Source of the DNA: Bacteroidales bacterium
GTDB lineage: Bacteria > Bacteroidota > Bacteroidia > Bacteroidales > UBA932
Assembly (NCBI GenBank): GCA_024398335.1
Contig: JAKSJJ010000001.1
Span: forward strand, 1-48,701
DNA length: 48,701 nt
Direction of reading: 5' to 3'
Positions 46,916-48,701 of the stretch are shown one piece after another. Numbering within the stretch: the first letter of the stretch is position 1; every line of letters starts with the position of its first letter. The translations under genes were made by a program, and so were the position numbers. The notes below the pieces were generated by a model that ran no database searches, was not told where the DNA came from, and saw only the letters and a list, made by a program, of their open reading frames with translations.

Positions 46916-46955
46916 GCGATATGCTACAGAATGCTCTTATTCTGTCGCATATCGC
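46916..46955. terminator. Long hairpin between convergent greA and blc
   Basis: GCGATATGC-T-ACAGAAT-GCTCTT-ATTCTGT-C-GCATATCGC: 16 paired positions with one mismatch, no clear U tract. Confidence 0.6.
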
Positions 46956-46989
46956 CGACTACACTATGTCAATTCAACAAAATGGCTAA

Positions 46990-47514
46990 TTATGGCTCAC
47001 TGGAAGAGGAGTGTTCCACCCAGATCAGCTTTCCTATATCATAGCCTCTTTCCGAGGCCACATCCAAGATCTGCTTTAAGATTTCTTCTGGGACATGGGC
47101 GGAACGAGAGAGAACCCAAAGATATTTCGAGCTTCCGGAACCTACCAAGGCGTAGTTATAATCCTCGCTTACCATCATCACTCTGTAGTCAGAGTAGAAC
47201 GGTCCGAAAAAAGACACCCTCAACAAGCCAACAGTATCGGTAAGCTTCGCCTTCCCGGTTGAAATCTTGTGTTTCCCCTTCTTCATCCCCCTGTTAGTCA
47301 CGATGATAGACCCGTCATCGTTAAGTGTATAGACAGCCTTCGTATGGGTCATGCCGCGTTCGAAGCAATGGTCGTAACGCGCGACTTCATACCAGACTCC
47401 CGTGTAGCGCCCCAGATCAAGGGACTTCACCGTGGAATTATCCACCTTCTGCCCAAGGCAGGAACAGCAAGCCAGGCACACTCCGGCAAGCAACAGGCTC
47501 ATGGCGGTTTTCAT
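46990..47514 (-). CDS. blc: Bacterial lipocalin (Blc-like) lipoprotein
   Basis: LDLGRYTGVWYEVAR (GxW), LRVSFFGPFYSDY, YLWVLSR. ATG at 47514 chosen over GTG at 47520. Confidence 0.92.
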   Translation of the reverse strand: MKTAMSLLLAGVCLACCSCLGQKVDNSTVKSLDLGRYTGVWYEVARYDHCFERGMTHTKAVYTLNDDGSIIVTNRGMKKGKHKISTGKAKLTDTVGLLRVSFFGPFYSDYRVMMVSEDYNYALVGSGSSKYLWVLSRSAHVPEEILKQILDVASERGYDIGKLIWVEHSSSSEP

Positions 47515-47516
47515 AA

Positions 47517-47930
47517 TCACTCACAAACAACTGTCGGACAACGGTCTGTACGCAGATCCTTCTTCCACAGGCCATGGACATTACAGTATTCGTACACCGC
47601 TACGGGCTTATCCCCGCTCAGGTGGAACACCGCCTCCGGCTCATCGTCAGGAGTAAGGAACCTCACTTGCCCGCCATGCTCCGTCTCCAGATAAATGAAT
47701 CCGATATAATGTCCCTTTGTCATAGGATGAGGCTTAGAGCCTACCTTGACCTTGATTCTACCGTCCCACATACACTCGACCACAGGGAGATGTTTCTCCA
47801 TCGCGGAGTCATTTGTAAGCGGGACGATTTCCTGCATCGCTTGACCACAACATTCAAGCGTCACACCGCTGTCGAAGAACTTGAAAACGACATTTCCGCA
47901 CGAAGTGCAGATGTAGAATTTTGTTGCCAT
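47517..47930 (-). CDS. dfx: Desulfoferrodoxin (2Fe superoxide reductase)
   Basis: Centre I CxxC...CC. Centre II EKHLP, HPM...H, CNVHGLW. Confidence 0.93.
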   Translation of the reverse strand: MATKFYICTSCGNVVFKFFDSGVTLECCGQAMQEIVPLTNDSAMEKHLPVVECMWDGRIKVKVGSKPHPMTKGHYIGFIYLETEHGGQVRFLTPDDEPEAVFHLSGDKPVAVYEYCNVHGLWKKDLRTDRCPTVVCE

Positions 47931-48003
47931 ACGCGTTTGAATTATATTTGTTTAACATATATCGACCCGATGTCGCAGCTGAAGCGTCCTATCGGTTCGA
48001 CAT

Positions 48004-48013
48004 CGCGAAGGTA
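48004..48013 (-). promoter_or_regulatory. Putative -7 promoter element TACCTTCGCG for dfx-blc
   Basis: Recurring motif on the minus strand, 73 nt upstream of the dfx ATG. Confidence 0.55.
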
Positions 48014-48044
48014 GCACCGCAAAAGGCGTTTTGTTATTGTTTTC

Positions 48045-48082
48045 ATAAATATTATTCAATCGTTGTAATTGATTTTATCAAT
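48045..48082. promoter_or_regulatory. Candidate OxyR/LysR-type binding site
   Basis: ATAA-N8-CAAT-N7-ATTG-N7-CAAT, including the inverted repeat ATTGAT-TTT-ATCAAT (T-N11-A), upstream of the dfx promoter. Confidence 0.5.
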
Positions 48083-48103
48083 AGGTGTTTTTTAGATTTT
48101 TTC

Positions 48104-48113
48104 TATCTTCGCG
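48104..48113 (+). promoter_or_regulatory. Putative -7 promoter element TATCTTCGCG
   Basis: Recurring motif, 26 nt before ATG 48140. Confidence 0.55.
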
Positions 48114-48139
48114 TAGTTTTAGTCGTTGTAAATAAACTT

Positions 48140-48661
48140 ATGAGAAGACACGTCCTGTTTTTATTGGCGGCCATTCTGACCGTCATCTGTTCCTGCAAGA
48201 AAGAACCGCAAGAGCCTAAGGAGATCCCCATCCAGAAAATCACCATCAACAACGGTGAGGACATCATCGTCGAGGAGTATAGCGAAGCTGAGCTGATCGC
48301 GACAATTGAGCCAGCGAACGCCACAGAGTCAATCAATTGGGCGATATCTGACGGGAAAATATTCTACTTCGCGGAAGAGGACGGACTCAGGGCTGTCATA
48401 CACGCCGTATATATGGCCCAGGTCAAAGACTTTACGGCCCAGATCTGGGCGGTGAGCGAGGGCGGAGTAATGTCAAATGTCATAACAGCCACCAACCATC
48501 CTCACAAGGACGAGCTCACATCATTGACACTCCAGTACGCACAGACCTCGGTAAAGCAAGGAGGCTCGACATACATCGGGGTCATGAAGTACGATCCGGT
48601 GGTATCCTCCCTGGAAATGGGAGAGATAGTCTGGACATCGGACGATCCGAGCAAGGTGTAG
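48140..48661 (+). CDS. Ig-like (Big_2-type) lipoprotein, apparently truncated by TAG in its second domain
   Basis: MRRHVLFLLAAILTVICSC lipobox, L.ATIEPANAT...W Big_2 pattern, second unit ends at WTSDDPSKV*. The track start at 47921 runs through AT-rich intergenic DNA. Confidence 0.7.
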   Translation: MRRHVLFLLAAILTVICSCKKEPQEPKEIPIQKITINNGEDIIVEEYSEAELIATIEPANATESINWAISDGKIFYFAEEDGLRAVIHAVYMAQVKDFTAQIWAVSEGGVMSNVITATNHPHKDELTSLTLQYAQTSVKQGGSTYIGVMKYDPVVSSLEMGEIVWTSDDPSKV

Positions 48662-48701
48662 ATCGCGGCCGTCGCAGAAACACCAAACAAAACCACAACC
48701 T

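Noticed and set aside
47921-48139. N-terminal extension of the last ORF, and likewise track starts at 7449 and 34492
   Set aside because: The extensions cross promoters or hairpins. Downstream ATGs give proper signal peptides or domain starts.
48659-48661. Genome-wide TAG reassignment
   Set aside because: TAG is an ordinary stop elsewhere, for example after the C-terminal F of SusC (13463) and after RRRR of the permease (1942).

Overview
Chromosomal segment from a Bacteroidales bacterium, roughly 50% GC by eye. The TIGR02172-like kinase and gene style suggest a rumen/gut lineage (inference). About 44 kb (1942-46302, minus strand) holds three back-to-back SusC/SusD loci with no recognisable glycoside hydrolase. 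Locus A: SusC-SusD-DUF4843-PKD-like-BACON lipoprotein, then a GldA-like ATPase and two GldF-GldG fusion permeases, with a divergent stand-alone LytTR gene. Locus B: SusC-SusD-HExxH metallopeptidase-DUF4302-BACON-collagen/DUF4988 lipoprotein-S8 protease with T9SS CTD-PorV-like barrel. Locus C: EEP phosphoesterase-SusC-SusD-BACON-GDPD-beta-helix lipoprotein. Left flank: a partial trpB2 (absent from the ORF track) preceded by an unannotated Trp-Trp-Trp leader-peptide attenuator, and a divergent APH-like kinase. Right flank: greA (probably leaderless), dfx-blc with a candidate OxyR site, and an Ig-like lipoprotein apparently interrupted by TAG. A recurring TAnnTTCGCG promoter variant precedes five genes. 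No rRNA, tRNA, CRISPR or mobile element was seen. Family assignments come from motif recognition, not database searches.
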